DNA from: Planctomycetota bacterium | GTDB taxonomy: Bacteria; Planctomycetota; B15-G4 | DNA length: 64,000 bases | NCBI GenBank assembly: GCA_038212275.1 | Contig: JBBQUR010000009.1 | Coordinates: 159,293-223,292, forward strand | Reading direction: 5' to 3' | Shown: positions 1-9,886 of the stretch, one piece after another | Numbering within the stretch: position 1 is the first letter of the stretch | How the letters are laid out: every line of letters begins with the position of its first letter | The notes under the pieces: model-generated | Database searches by the model: none | Told to the model about the DNA's origin: nothing | What the model saw: only the letters and a program-made list of their open reading frames with translations | Position numbers and translations under genes: made by a program

Positions 1-221
1 ATGACCTCGTAGCGCTTCCACTGCTTCACCGATGCGATGAACTCGGCCTCACGCAGCTTGTTCGCGGGCAGGCCGACGCACGGCGTGCCGGAGTTCAGCT
101 GCCGCTCGACCTCGGGCGCGTAGAACTCGTCCATGGCTTCGGCGAGGCGCCCGTCCGCAAGGTAGCTCTGCAGGTCGGTGACGCGTTCGCTCGTATCCAC
201 TCGGGCGTTGCCGGCGGCCAT
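1..221 (-). CDS. SnoaL-like/NTF2-fold protein, partial (runs off window start)
   Basis: Manual translation from ATG 221 with upstream GAGGA: MAAGNARVDTSERVTDLQSYLADGRLAEAMDEFYAPEVERQLNSGTPCVGLPANKLREAEF...; the 'EAMDEFYAPEV' pattern is typical of SnoaL-like proteins. Confidence 0.65.
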   Translation of the reverse strand, partial: MAAGNARVDTSERVTDLQSYLADGRLAEAMDEFYAPEVERQLNSGTPCVGLPANKLREAEFIASVKQWKRYEV

Positions 222-318
222 GGGTGAGTCCTCGGTGCGGGAGTTCGTCTGGACGGACAGGAGATGGTGCGGGAGGGCGCTGCTGCGGCCCTTGTGCTTG
301 CGCGGTGATTCAGCCGGT

Positions 319-1446
319 TCAGCCCGCGGGGCGCACTGCAGCCGGCGAGACGGCCGCCTGTGCGGCGGGGTCCTGCGTGCCGAGCTGCGCGGCGTCGGCC
401 TGCGCGGCGGCCGCCGCCACCTGCGATGCCTGCGCCGTCGCGACCTCGGCCAGCGCCTGCTTGAGGATGGCGAAGGTGATGTACCACCCGATGACGAGCA
501 GGATGACGCACTGCATGAGCGGCGCATCGGGGAGCACGGCGGTGTCCCACAGCCCGTGCAGCACCACGGCCACGATCCAGCGGCGCACGACGATGGGGTG
601 GCGCAGCAGGTCCCACGTGAAAGGCTGCGTGCCACGCGCCTGCCAGAGCGCCGCGCCGATCATCGCGGTCCAGATGACATGGCCACCCGGCGAGAGCAGG
701 CCGCGCCAGAGGATGGAGCCGAAGACTCCGTCGCTCTGCCAGGCGTAGCCCGCGGACTCGTAGCCGGCGAAGCCCGCGCCCACGGCTGCGCCGAAGAGCA
801 GGCCATTGAGCTGCCAGCGCCAGCGCAGATTCTTCAGCACAAGCAGCAGCGCGAGCGCCTTGGCGGTCTCCTCGATGACGCCGGTGAGCAGCGCGGGCAC
901 GAAGTTGTACGTGCCCGAGCCCGGGATGACCTGCGCGAGCAGCATCGTGATGAGCAGGCCCGCCGCGCCGCCGAGCAGCGTGAGCCTTCCCACCTGATAG
1001 ACCGACACGTTGCGCGGCGTGTTCATCTCGAAGAAGAACACCACCACCGACAGCGGCACGACGAACGCGCCGATGACCACGAGCCCCGGGAAGAAGTTCG
1101 GGTTGTCGAACTCCGTGATCCCGATGCGCAGCAGCATGTACGTGGCGATGGCGCCCACGAGAATGCGCCACCAGACGCGCGGCCGCGGCCAGCCGGCGGG
1201 GATGGCGGAGAGCGGCGGCGTCGTCGTCGCGGTGCCGACGGCGAAAAGATCCTCGGCCGGGCCTTCCTCCGAGATGCCGCCGCTGAGCACGTGGCCCACG
1301 GGCACGTCGCCGATCTCCGGCACGCCGGCCATCGCGCTGAGCCTGCCGCCCAGTGACGCAAGCATGCCGCGCGGCGCCGGGTCCGGCATCGCGCCCGGCG
1401 TCGGACCAGAAGCGGGAACCGGCGAGGGACTCGAGCCGTCGCTCAC
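319..1446 (-). CDS. prsW: PrsW family glutamic-type intramembrane protease
   Basis: Multiple TM segments; motifs IEETAK, GAAVGAGFAGYES, H(VIWT), LHGLWD. Confidence 0.85.
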   Translation of the reverse strand: MSDGSSPSPVPASGPTPGAMPDPAPRGMLASLGGRLSAMAGVPEIGDVPVGHVLSGGISEEGPAEDLFAVGTATTTPPLSAIPAGWPRPRVWWRILVGAIATYMLLRIGITEFDNPNFFPGLVVIGAFVVPLSVVVFFFEMNTPRNVSVYQVGRLTLLGGAAGLLITMLLAQVIPGSGTYNFVPALLTGVIEETAKALALLLVLKNLRWRWQLNGLLFGAAVGAGFAGYESAGYAWQSDGVFGSILWRGLLSPGGHVIWTAMIGAALWQARGTQPFTWDLLRHPIVVRRWIVAVVLHGLWDTAVLPDAPLMQCVILLVIGWYITFAILKQALAEVATAQASQVAAAAAQADAAQLGTQDPAAQAAVSPAAVRPAG

Positions 1447-1456
1447 GCGGCGCTCC

Positions 1457-1828
1457 CTAGTCGTCCACGTCCATGCCGAGCTTCTTGCGTCCGGTGGGCG
1501 AGATCATCTCGGCGCCCCATGGCGGATCCCAGACCACGTTCACGTTGCAGCCCTTGACCCCGGGCACCGCGAGAATCTTGGTCTCGCACTCCTTGGGGAT
1601 GGAGGCGGCCGACGGGCAGCTCGGCGACGTGAGGCTCATGGTGAGGTTCACCTGACCGTCGCTCGCGACATCGAGGCCGTAGACCAGGCCGAACTCCACG
1701 ATGTTCACCGGGACCTCGGGGTCGTACACGGTGGCCAGCGCGGCCATGATCGGCTCGCGCAGCTCCTTGGCGGGGTCCTGGGTTTCGGTCATCGCTGTCT
1801 CCATTGCGTCCGCAGTCCCTGTCGACAC
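1457..1828 (-). CDS. Metal-sulfur cluster assembly factor (SufT/PaaD/DUF59)
   Basis: VYDPEVPVNIVEFGLVY, MSLTSPSCP, VVWDPPW motifs; true start may be a downstream ATG. Confidence 0.9.
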   Translation of the reverse strand: MSTGTADAMETAMTETQDPAKELREPIMAALATVYDPEVPVNIVEFGLVYGLDVASDGQVNLTMSLTSPSCPSAASIPKECETKILAVPGVKGCNVNVVWDPPWGAEMISPTGRKKLGMDVDD

Positions 1829-1990
1829 GCCGGATGGCGAGGCGGCGCGGGCTGATCGGGGCGACCCCGCACCATCCGCCGGCGGACAGAGCGCACGATA
1901 GCGGATGGCGCGCGCCCGGCAAGCCGGAAGCCGGATCGCCCTCTCGGGCGCACGGTGCCGGCGGGTGACGGAGCAGCCGCCAGCTGGCGA

Positions 1991-2025
1991 CAGGGCCGTC
2001 CGGACACAGCATCCGGACGGCCCTG
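1991..2025. terminator. Perfect 14-bp hairpin downstream of 2078..3124
   Basis: cagggccgtccgga-cacagca-tccggacggccctg; no U-tract. Confidence 0.5.
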
Positions 2026-2077
2026 CGCCGGAGCGTGCGCGCAGCGCGCCAGCTCCTGCTTCGTTCAGCTCGGCCCG

Positions 2078-3124
2078 TCAGGGCTTGGCGAGCACGCCAT
2101 TGTCCGACGTGCCGTTGTCGAAGTTGTTGTTCAACTGGTCGAGGGCCGTGCTCAAGTCCGAGAGCGAGACGTCGCCGACGTTGTCGCCGTCCACGTCGAT
2201 CGGCGCCGTGAGCGCGCCCGAGATGGCCAGGTTGGAGAGGTCAATCACCTCGCGCACGGACAGGCCGATGAGCTTCGCGTTCACGCCCTGAACGTAGACG
2301 AGTTCTCCGAGCTTGCAGGTGGTCTGGCTCTTCTTGAAGTCGAAGACGCCCGCATCGTCGAAGGCCAGGTTGAGCATGGCCGCAGCGAGCTGCCCGGCGA
2401 AGACGCCAGCCGTGGCGTTCGCCACGTCGGTTGCGTCCGCCGTGAACGCGCCGGGCGAGCTGCCTTCGGGCAGGAAGTTCTGCACCGCAGCGGACGTGGT
2501 CAGCAGCAGCGCATACTGCGTGTCCGCATCCGGGCCGTCCTTGTCGCCGAGGATGAGGCCGCCGGGGAAGACGTTCGCGAAGTTGGCATCGCGCAGGCAA
2601 CCGGGGTTGTTGCCGGCGCACTTGGTGCCCCAGCCACCCTGGGTGAAGGTCACGAAGGCGCCCGCCTCGACATCACAGGGATGATTGCAGGCGCCGTCGA
2701 CGATGCTGAGCGACGCGAGGTTCGAGATGCCGAAGGTCTTCGGCTGGTCGATCGCGACGGCCACGAACTGCCAGTACGCCACGATGCCGATGAGGGAGGC
2801 GTCGCAGGGCAGCTGGCGATCGCCCAGGCAGAGCACGCCGCTGCGCGGAATCGGCAGCGGGAAGACGGTGAGGAACGGCGGCGTGACGCAGAGGTCGCCG
2901 GCGATCGTGTGAGTCGTGCCGGTGTGGAGCGAGAGGACCACGAAGGCGGTCCAGTTGCCCGCGGGCATCGTGAAGCACTCGCCGAACGCGGTTCCGAGCG
3001 GAACCACCGGCGGGATGACGGTCAACTCGAAACCAGGATCTCCGGTGCAGGTCTGCGCCGTGAGACTCGATGAGAACAAACATGCGGCAAGGGCCATGGG
3101 AAGGGCGAGGCGGGTCAGGAACAT
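2078..3124 (-). CDS. Secreted hypothetical protein, tandem paralog A
   Basis: Signal peptide MFLTRLALPMALAACLFSSSLTAQ; TFTQGGWG...FPGG...FLP...AGQL domain; highly similar to 3377..4429. Confidence 0.85.
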   Translation of the reverse strand: MFLTRLALPMALAACLFSSSLTAQTCTGDPGFELTVIPPVVPLGTAFGECFTMPAGNWTAFVVLSLHTGTTHTIAGDLCVTPPFLTVFPLPIPRSGVLCLGDRQLPCDASLIGIVAYWQFVAVAIDQPKTFGISNLASLSIVDGACNHPCDVEAGAFVTFTQGGWGTKCAGNNPGCLRDANFANVFPGGLILGDKDGPDADTQYALLLTTSAAVQNFLPEGSSPGAFTADATDVANATAGVFAGQLAAAMLNLAFDDAGVFDFKKSQTTCKLGELVYVQGVNAKLIGLSVREVIDLSNLAISGALTAPIDVDGDNVGDVSLSDLSTALDQLNNNFDNGTSDNGVLAKP

Positions 3125-3288
3125 GGGGGCGGGATCATGTGCTGATGGAGGAATTCTTGAGATATCGGCTTGAGACAATATTTCGATCCAGGCATTTCGT
3201 CAACCCGCATGCCGTGCTCTGGCTCAATCGCGCCGTGCCAATCCCTGCCCAAGGCGCGCCGGGCAGGTGTCAGTCCGCCGGAATGGCG

Positions 3289-3325
3289 ACCGGGCCGTCC
3301 GGACATGGCGTCCTGACGGCCCGGT
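3289..3325. terminator. 16-bp hairpin (1 mismatch) downstream of 3377..4429, homologous to 1991..2025
   Basis: accgggccgtccggac-atggc-gtcctgacggcccggt. Confidence 0.5.
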
Positions 3326-3376
3326 GCTGGGGCCCGCGCGGGTCGCGCCGGCCCCTGAGTACGGCAGCTCAGGACC

Positions 3377-4429
3377 TCACGGCATGCCGAGCACGCCGTC
3401 GTCCTTCGTGCCGTTGTCGAAGTTGTTGTTCAACGTGTCGAGGGCCGTGCTGAGATCCGAGAGCGAGACGTCGCCGACGTTGTCGCCATCCACGTCGATC
3501 GGCGCCTTCAGCGCGCCTGAGATGGCCAGGTTGGAGAACTCGATCACCTCTCGCACGGAATGTCCCAGCAGCTTGGCGTGCACGCCTTGCGCGAAGACGA
3601 GGTCGCCGAGCTTGCAGAAGCTCTGGCACTTCTTGGAGTCGAAGACGCCGGCGTCGTCGAAGGCCACGTTGAGCATGGCCGAGGCGAGCTGTCCGGCGAA
3701 GACGCCGGCCGCCGTGCTCGTCACGTTGGTCATGTCCTCAGTGAACTTGCCGGGTGATCCGCCCGCGGGGAGAAACTTCTCCACCTTGCTGGACGTGGTC
3801 AGCAGCAGCGCGTAGTTCTTGTCATTGTCCGGGCCGTCCTTGTCACCAAGGATGAGGCCGCCGGGGAAGACGTCCTTGAAGTGGGCGTCGCGCAGACAGC
3901 CGGGATTGTTGCCGGCGCACTTGGTGCCCCAGCCGCCCTGGGTGTACGTCATGAAGGCGCCCGGCTTGACTTCGCAGGGATGATTGCAGGCGCCGTCGAC
4001 GATCGTGAGCGAGGCGAGGTTCGAGAGGCCGAAGCTCTTCGGCTGGCCGTTCGACACGGCCACGAACTGCCAGTAGGCGACGATGCCGATGAGCGAGGCG
4101 TCGCACGGCATCTGGCGATCGCCGAGGCAGAGCACGCCGCTCTCCGGCATCGGCAGCGGGAAGATCGTGAGGAACGGCGGCGCAACGCCCAGATTGCCGG
4201 CGACGGTGTGCGTCGTGCCCTTGTGAAGCGACAGCACCACGAAGGCCGTCCAGTGGCCCGGCGGCGTCTGGAAGCACTCGCCGAACGGGGTCCCGATAGG
4301 AACCACCGGCGGAATGACGGTGATCTCGAAGCCCTGGTCGTGCGGGCAGTCCTGCGCGCGGAGTGTCGGGGCAAGCAGGCACGCGGCAATGGCCAGCGCC
4401 ATGGGGACTGCGAACAGTCTTCGTGACAT
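3377..4429 (-). CDS. Secreted hypothetical protein, tandem paralog B
   Basis: Signal peptide MSRRLFAVPMALAIAACLLAPTLRAQ; colinear with paralog A over the whole length. Confidence 0.85.
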   Translation of the reverse strand: MSRRLFAVPMALAIAACLLAPTLRAQDCPHDQGFEITVIPPVVPIGTPFGECFQTPPGHWTAFVVLSLHKGTTHTVAGNLGVAPPFLTIFPLPMPESGVLCLGDRQMPCDASLIGIVAYWQFVAVSNGQPKSFGLSNLASLTIVDGACNHPCEVKPGAFMTYTQGGWGTKCAGNNPGCLRDAHFKDVFPGGLILGDKDGPDNDKNYALLLTTSSKVEKFLPAGGSPGKFTEDMTNVTSTAAGVFAGQLASAMLNVAFDDAGVFDSKKCQSFCKLGDLVFAQGVHAKLLGHSVREVIEFSNLAISGALKAPIDVDGDNVGDVSLSDLSTALDTLNNNFDNGTKDDGVLGMP

Positions 4430-4567
4430 GTGGAATGAATCCGAGCGAGGGCGAGGGAAGTTGTGCCCTGACATCGGCTCGAAGCAAATTGCGGCTCAAG
4501 GCATTCCGGCGACCGGCCGGCGACCGGCCGCCGCCGGGCAGGCGCCGGGCCGGCGCCGGGCCGGCGA

Positions 4568-5644
4568 TCAGGGGATCGTGATCGGGAACCCGAGCGGCGC
4601 GGTATCGAGCGTGGTGGAGGCGCCGCATCCGATCCACCGCAGCGTCACGGTCACGGCGTAGCTGCCCGCCGGGGTGTCCTCGGGGATTCCGAGGGAAGCC
4701 GTGACGAGCGTGTCGCCCTCTCTCACGGCGAGGATCTCGACAGGCCAGTCGAAGTCGGTCGGCCCGCCGGGTGCGGCGCCGGCGGGCACGGCCAAGACCG
4801 AGAAGCTCTCGAGCGCGGGATCCCAGGCTTCCGCAAGCCTCAACTGGAGAGTCATCTCATCGCCGATGCCGTGCGTGAGTTCGACGGCCTGCGTGGGCGG
4901 CAGCGCGAGAAGCGTAGCGAGCAGTTGCTCGAGCGACTGGCCCATCCACGACGACGGCACCGGATTCACCGAGAGGATGGCGTTCCACAGCTGCGTGTGA
5001 AATCGATACCCGGTTCCTCCCGGGTTGTCGCTGACGATGGTGAGTCCGGCGATGGGACGCTGGCCCGGGTGCGCCATCACTTCCACGGGAAGCAGGCCAT
5101 CGACGGCGGCGAGCAGCGAGCCGTCGGCGGCATAGGCTCGCACGTGCGTGAGGCCGCCCGTCCCGAAGAAGGGCGTGACGCGCACCGAGGACTGCGGGCT
5201 GTCGAAGAGCACGGACACGGCGCCCATGCCCAGGCTTCCGGGCGCGCACCCGTTGCCGGAGAGGCCGAGCATCGTGCCGATGAATTGCATGACGCCGTCC
5301 GAGTCGGGCCCGACCGCAAGTGAGAGCGGTGCGGCGGGAGTGCCCGAGACCACCTCGGTGCCCATGGCCGACAGGCCGACGCTCTGGCCGACGAAACACT
5401 CGCCGAAGGTGCCCACGTCGTCGTTGGGTCCGCGCAGGCAAAGCTGGCTCGCCGGCACGCAGTCGATCCCCTGAAACAACCAGTCGCAGGTCGACACGGT
5501 CGCCGCCGAGGCAGGCGAGTCGCCATCGGGCGCGGCCAGCGGCGCTGTCGCGAGCGACTGGAGCACGCCTTGTGCGGTGACTTCGGTTTGTGTCATCAGT
5601 GCAGGGACAAGCGCCCAGATGCCGTGGCGCAGGCGTCGCGCCAT
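4568..5644 (-). CDS. Secreted hypothetical protein with beta-rich N domain and Ig-like C domain
   Basis: Possible signal MARRLRHGIWALVPALMTQTEVTAQ; VLFDSPQSSV...AYAADGSLL beta-sandwich pattern; C-terminal IPEDTPAGSYAVTVT Ig-like motif; start uncertain. Confidence 0.65.
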   Translation of the reverse strand: MARRLRHGIWALVPALMTQTEVTAQGVLQSLATAPLAAPDGDSPASAATVSTCDWLFQGIDCVPASQLCLRGPNDDVGTFGECFVGQSVGLSAMGTEVVSGTPAAPLSLAVGPDSDGVMQFIGTMLGLSGNGCAPGSLGMGAVSVLFDSPQSSVRVTPFFGTGGLTHVRAYAADGSLLAAVDGLLPVEVMAHPGQRPIAGLTIVSDNPGGTGYRFHTQLWNAILSVNPVPSSWMGQSLEQLLATLLALPPTQAVELTHGIGDEMTLQLRLAEAWDPALESFSVLAVPAGAAPGGPTDFDWPVEILAVREGDTLVTASLGIPEDTPAGSYAVTVTLRWIGCGASTTLDTAPLGFPITIP

Positions 5645-5724
5645 TGCGCAGATCGCGAGACTCGTGACACGATGAGTGTCGTCATCCGGGAACCGCACCA
5701 CTGTTTGGCGCCGAGAGTGTAACG

Positions 5725-8700
5725 ATGAAATGGATGGACCTCCCATGTCCGGAGTTGCGCTCGCGGCGGCTCTTGTCGATCCTCGCTGCGGGCATCTTGA
5801 GCGCGACGGCTGCAGCGCAAGGGACGCCGCTGGAACAGCAGCTTCCGCTGCGTGTCAATTGCGGCGACCTCAACGGCCACGCCGCCGAAGAGCCCGGTTA
5901 CGTGACCATGGGGCCGACGTCCGCGCTCGGCTGGGCCGTCCTGGTCCCGCCGCCCGTGGCCACCGTGCACGTCGCAGGCCTCACGACGGCCGGGGCCACT
6001 CCCGGTCCGTCCGACATCTTCAGCATCGACCCTGACGATCTCGCCCACACTCACAAGCTCACATCGCTTCAACTCGCGAATCCCACGCAGCTTCTCATCA
6101 GCGGATTGGGTTCCAGGAAGCCGTACAGGATCCGACTCGAGCTGGGCGCTCATTCACCGTGGGCCGACATCGTCGGCACGCAGGCCGTCTACGTCGCTTC
6201 GACCGTGTCACGCCGCGCCACTGTCGAGGAGAGCATCGGCCTGAACGTGTGGCGCACGCTCGCGCGCGACGTTCGCTGCACGGCCGGCTACGGCAGCTCG
6301 ACCTTTGCGTCCGTCGTGGGCAGCACCGTGCCGGTGTGGGCGCTGGTCCACAGCGACACGGGTGGGAACATCATCCTCCGCTTCAGCAGCCCGAACGGAG
6401 ATCCGCAATTTCTGGCAGGCTTCGAGCTGCATGCCTTCGAGCCACTGCCGGTCGTCTATCACCACGGCGCCAGCGGCGCTCTGGTCACGTCCAATCCGGC
6501 GCTGCAGCTGTTCGCGTCGGACTTCAATGCCAATGATTTCGTGAGTGCGCGGCAGGATCTCCTGAACGCTCCTGGCATGGATCCCTTCCTGAAAGGCGTG
6601 GCCCTCACGCAGCTTGTCGGCTGGCTCGACGGATCACGCGACGGACAGGTGGACCTGATTCCGGAAGCGGTTGCTTCCCTGAAGCTGGCCCACGCGCCGT
6701 CGCATCCGGCGGCGGCGTACCTGCTGAGCCAGCTCGACCAGTACCAGCGCGCGATCGATCACCTGGAAGCGCGCGGCTACAGCGACGCCTTCGCCTGCCC
6801 GTCGGAGGGCGGCAAGGGCTTCATGAATCCCGCGTGCGCCGGCCAACTCCAGCTGGAGTTCGGCAAGGGCGTCACGAATCCCAATGCCCAGGCGGCGCTG
6901 CGCCAGCTCTCCGGCCTGTGTGCGCCGGCCGTGGGAGCCACGATCGTGGGTGATATCCAGGCCTGGAACGCGGCGCCGCTGCAGTACGCGGGCTGGGAGC
7001 CGTCACCGCTGGCCTTTGCGGCGCTGAAGCAGTTCGGCGTCACGATCGCGCTGGCCGATCCCTTCCTTGATGTTTCCAAGCTGCCGAGCTCTTCGGCGAT
7101 CGATCCGGAGTCCACGGAGTTCGTTCAGGCGTTCAAGGACATCTTCCTCACCGGGCCGGGGACGATCGGCTTCGGCGCCAATGGCTTCGGTGCGTCGGAG
7201 TTTCCGCTCGACGTGGAGCTGCTGCTGCTGGCGAAGTACGCCGAACTGGGAAAGCATCCCTATCTGTGGGACGCCAGCCTCTGGAACACGACGGCGGGCA
7301 CGGCCGTCCTGACCGATGCGCAGATCGAGGCGTCGTGGTGGGGCGCGTACGTCGCGAAACCTGCGGCCGACACGGCGGCTCCCGCATGGGCGAACGACCA
7401 GCGCCAATTCATCAAGGCGTATCGCGGGATCATCGAGTACTGGCTCACGAGTCGGCTCGATGGCAGCGAACTCGGCGGCGGCTGGGGAGACGACATCGAA
7501 CTGCTGCTGCAGTTCTATCCGAGCTGGTGCGGCCGCCAGGATCAGGCCGACCGGCGGCGACTCGACGTGATCGACGCGATGATCGCCTACGGACTCGACA
7601 CGCCGCAGTACGTGAGCAACGGCTACTTCACCGGGCCGATCAGCGACGTGGAGCACACGGCCGAATACACGGCGAACACCTTTCAGGCCACGCGGGCGGT
7701 CTTCGGCCATTCGGCGCGCGCCATCGACACGGCGCTCGGCGTGACGCGGCATCTGGTCGACGATGCCCAACCCTTCGCCGGACCGACGCTTGCGCCGAAG
7801 AACCGGCTTCACTTCAAGTCCTACTACATGACCTCGAGTGGACCGGATGCGGTGCCGGCGCACATGGTGGACGTGCTGCTCAACGGTCGCGCGATGCTGC
7901 CCGGCGTGGCGATGGGCTTTCATGCCCCGATCGGAGCCGCGCACCTGCTTCACCAGGATCTCGGCGCCTGGGCAGCCGCCTGGCGCGACGATGCACTGGA
8001 CGATCCGGCGGCCTCGCTCGGCAAGCCCAGGGGATTCTTCGCGCCGGTCCAGTACCCGTCGAACACCTTCGGCAACGGCACCGCGTGGTGGAGCATCTCC
8101 GGCTCGGCGTCGGACACGGAGTTCCTCGACAAGACGCAGATCGCCTACGAGGTCGACCTGCTGCGCATGGCCTATCGCACGTCGACGGCGGCGGACCGCT
8201 GGCGCTACCTGCTGCCGATGGTGCGCCTCTTCAAGTCCGTGATGGCGTGGGAAGACCAGGGCAAACCTGTCGGCAGCACCGGAAGCGAAGCCTGGGCCGA
8301 CAAGCTCGTCCAGGGCTCACCGCGATTCTGGGCCCTCATCGCGGCGTGCACGGGAGACCTGGAGACCGATCCGTACCTCACGGTCACGGACGATCCGGAT
8401 GTGCCCGGGACCTCGCCCTACGTGGACTCCGCGCTCATCGCGAAGCTGCACGGCTGGCTCATGACGGGCCTGCCCGGTGGCATCAACCTGCCGGGCGCCT
8501 TCAACCTGGCGCTGCAGTACGCGCTCCGGAACATCATTCCGTGCTCGACCGGCAACACGGCCAAGAATTCGATGCCCGTGTCGAACGCCTATCTCGCGGC
8601 CAATCCGTTTCTGCGCGGGGCCTTTCCGTTTCTCACCAGACACGTGCTGCACACCGATCGAGTCTTCATCAACCACGCCAACGTGCTGAATCACTTCGCC

Positions 8701-9528
8701 GCCAACGTCACCGGCGGCGACCTGCAGGAAGGCATCGCCTTCCGGCCGGCAGTGCGCTGGATCACGCGGCTCGAGGCCGCGCCCGACATCTCCGTGAGCT
8801 GCAATCTGCGCGACCTGGTAGAAACCATGTATGGCGCCTTCGCATACAACTTCGGCACATCGCCCGTCAGCGTCGAGCTGCAGCTCGACGAGGGCCTGGT
8901 CCCGGGCACCTACCTCGTCGAGGTCGGCCCGGGGGCGGCCAAGTGCGATCAGTTCCTCAGCGGCGTGACGAGTTCGCAGTCCGTGCAGAAGCGGGGCACG
9001 GGCGTGAAGACCCCGGTGCTGCTGCAACCGGGCCTGAATCTCGTGCGAATCACGCGCCAGGGCGCCGCCGACGCGCCGGCGGCGGGCTACGACCTCGCCA
9101 TCGATCCTCCGCGACTGGAGCTCTACAAGAAGCTGTCGAGCATCGGCGGCCTGCCCGCACTGCTCTTCAAGGTGCACGTCGTCAACGCAGGGGCGACGGC
9201 CAGTCCGCCGGCCACGCTGAACCTGTTCGCCAGCGTGCTGTTGCCCGACGGCAGCGTGCTGCCGGTGAACGCGGCGACGCCCAATGAATTTCTCATCTGG
9301 AGCACGGCCGTTCCTTCGCTGGCCGGCACGAGCGACTACTCGGTGGCCTCGACCGACCTTCAGCTCGGCGTGTTCATGAACTCGATCGCCACCACGCTCC
9401 TGCTCAGCGGGCTGGGCATCCAGCTGCGTGCGGAGGTGATCGCCGGTCCCTCCGAGGGCGACCGCCTCAACAACGAGATGTCGCGTGGCTGGTTCGCGAA
9501 CGGCACCCCGCTCTTCGGCAGCGGCTGA
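5725..9528 (+). CDS. Large secreted hypothetical protein, possibly carbohydrate-active
   Basis: 1267-aa ORF; signal peptide LLSILAAGILSATAAAQ; malectin-like LRVNCG start; central ELGGGWGDDIE and SDVEHTAE motifs; CARDB-like C-terminus (DLAID...VVNAG...EGDRLNNE). Confidence 0.8.
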   Translation: MKWMDLPCPELRSRRLLSILAAGILSATAAAQGTPLEQQLPLRVNCGDLNGHAAEEPGYVTMGPTSALGWAVLVPPPVATVHVAGLTTAGATPGPSDIFSIDPDDLAHTHKLTSLQLANPTQLLISGLGSRKPYRIRLELGAHSPWADIVGTQAVYVASTVSRRATVEESIGLNVWRTLARDVRCTAGYGSSTFASVVGSTVPVWALVHSDTGGNIILRFSSPNGDPQFLAGFELHAFEPLPVVYHHGASGALVTSNPALQLFASDFNANDFVSARQDLLNAPGMDPFLKGVALTQLVGWLDGSRDGQVDLIPEAVASLKLAHAPSHPAAAYLLSQLDQYQRAIDHLEARGYSDAFACPSEGGKGFMNPACAGQLQLEFGKGVTNPNAQAALRQLSGLCAPAVGATIVGDIQAWNAAPLQYAGWEPSPLAFAALKQFGVTIALADPFLDVSKLPSSSAIDPESTEFVQAFKDIFLTGPGTIGFGANGFGASEFPLDVELLLLAKYAELGKHPYLWDASLWNTTAGTAVLTDAQIEASWWGAYVAKPAADTAAPAWANDQRQFIKAYRGIIEYWLTSRLDGSELGGGWGDDIELLLQFYPSWCGRQDQADRRRLDVIDAMIAYGLDTPQYVSNGYFTGPISDVEHTAEYTANTFQATRAVFGHSARAIDTALGVTRHLVDDAQPFAGPTLAPKNRLHFKSYYMTSSGPDAVPAHMVDVLLNGRAMLPGVAMGFHAPIGAAHLLHQDLGAWAAAWRDDALDDPAASLGKPRGFFAPVQYPSNTFGNGTAWWSISGSASDTEFLDKTQIAYEVDLLRMAYRTSTAADRWRYLLPMVRLFKSVMAWEDQGKPVGSTGSEAWADKLVQGSPRFWALIAACTGDLETDPYLTVTDDPDVPGTSPYVDSALIAKLHGWLMTGLPGGINLPGAFNLALQYALRNIIPCSTGNTAKNSMPVSNAYLAANPFLRGAFPFLTRHVLHTDRVFINHANVLNHFAANVTGGDLQEGIAFRPAVRWITRLEAAPDISVSCNLRDLVETMYGAFAYNFGTSPVSVELQLDEGLVPGTYLVEVGPGAAKCDQFLSGVTSSQSVQKRGTGVKTPVLLQPGLNLVRITRQGAADAPAAGYDLAIDPPRLELYKKLSSIGGLPALLFKVHVVNAGATASPPATLNLFASVLLPDGSVLPVNAATPNEFLIWSTAVPSLAGTSDYSVASTDLQLGVFMNSIATTLLLSGLGIQLRAEVIAGPSEGDRLNNEMSRGWFANGTPLFGSG

Positions 9529-9566
9529 ATCCGGCCGGCGACGGCCGCGCGCGCCTGCTCGCCGCC

Positions 9567-9727
9567 ATGCCCCGCGCTGCCCGCGCTGCCCACGCTGCCT
9601 GCGACGCCCGCGCTGCCTGCGACGCCCGCGCTGCCCTCGACGCCAATGCTGCCCTCGACGCCAATGCTGCCTGCGCTGCCTGCGCTGCCTTTCCCGCCAA
9701 CGCCGGCATCGCTGCCATCGCTGCCAG
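9567..9727. repeat. Degenerate 9/18-bp tandem repeat
   Basis: gcccgcgct/gcctgcgct units, (gcctgcgacgcccgcgct)x2 and (gccctcgacgccaatgct)x2. Confidence 0.8.
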
Positions 9728-9886
9728 CGACGTGAGTCCCTGTCCTTGCCGCGTCCCCAACAGCAGACTAGGCTCCCCGGCCGATAGAGTGCGGCTATTC
9801 ACGGCAGCCTCCGCCGCAACGCTCGCTCCAGCTCGCCTCCTGCCGTAACGTCGGCTCATCGCCTCAAACGTCCGCCCGGATCGCAC

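Noticed and set aside
3220..3245. Sigma-54 promoter (TGGCACG on minus strand) upstream of paralog A
   Set aside because: No TTGC/GC at the required -12 spacing
2975..5410. FGECF pentapeptide in all three adjacent minus-strand secreted proteins
   Set aside because: Flanking sequence of 4568..5644 does not align with the tandem pair; probably coincidence
9567..9848. Ala/Cys-repeat ORF
   Set aside because: Translation of the intergenic tandem repeat; no RBS or other support
9730..9886. SAM riboswitch upstream of yitJ
   Set aside because: Expected from the gene function, but I could not find SAM-I consensus elements; an Rfam scan would be needed to exclude other classes
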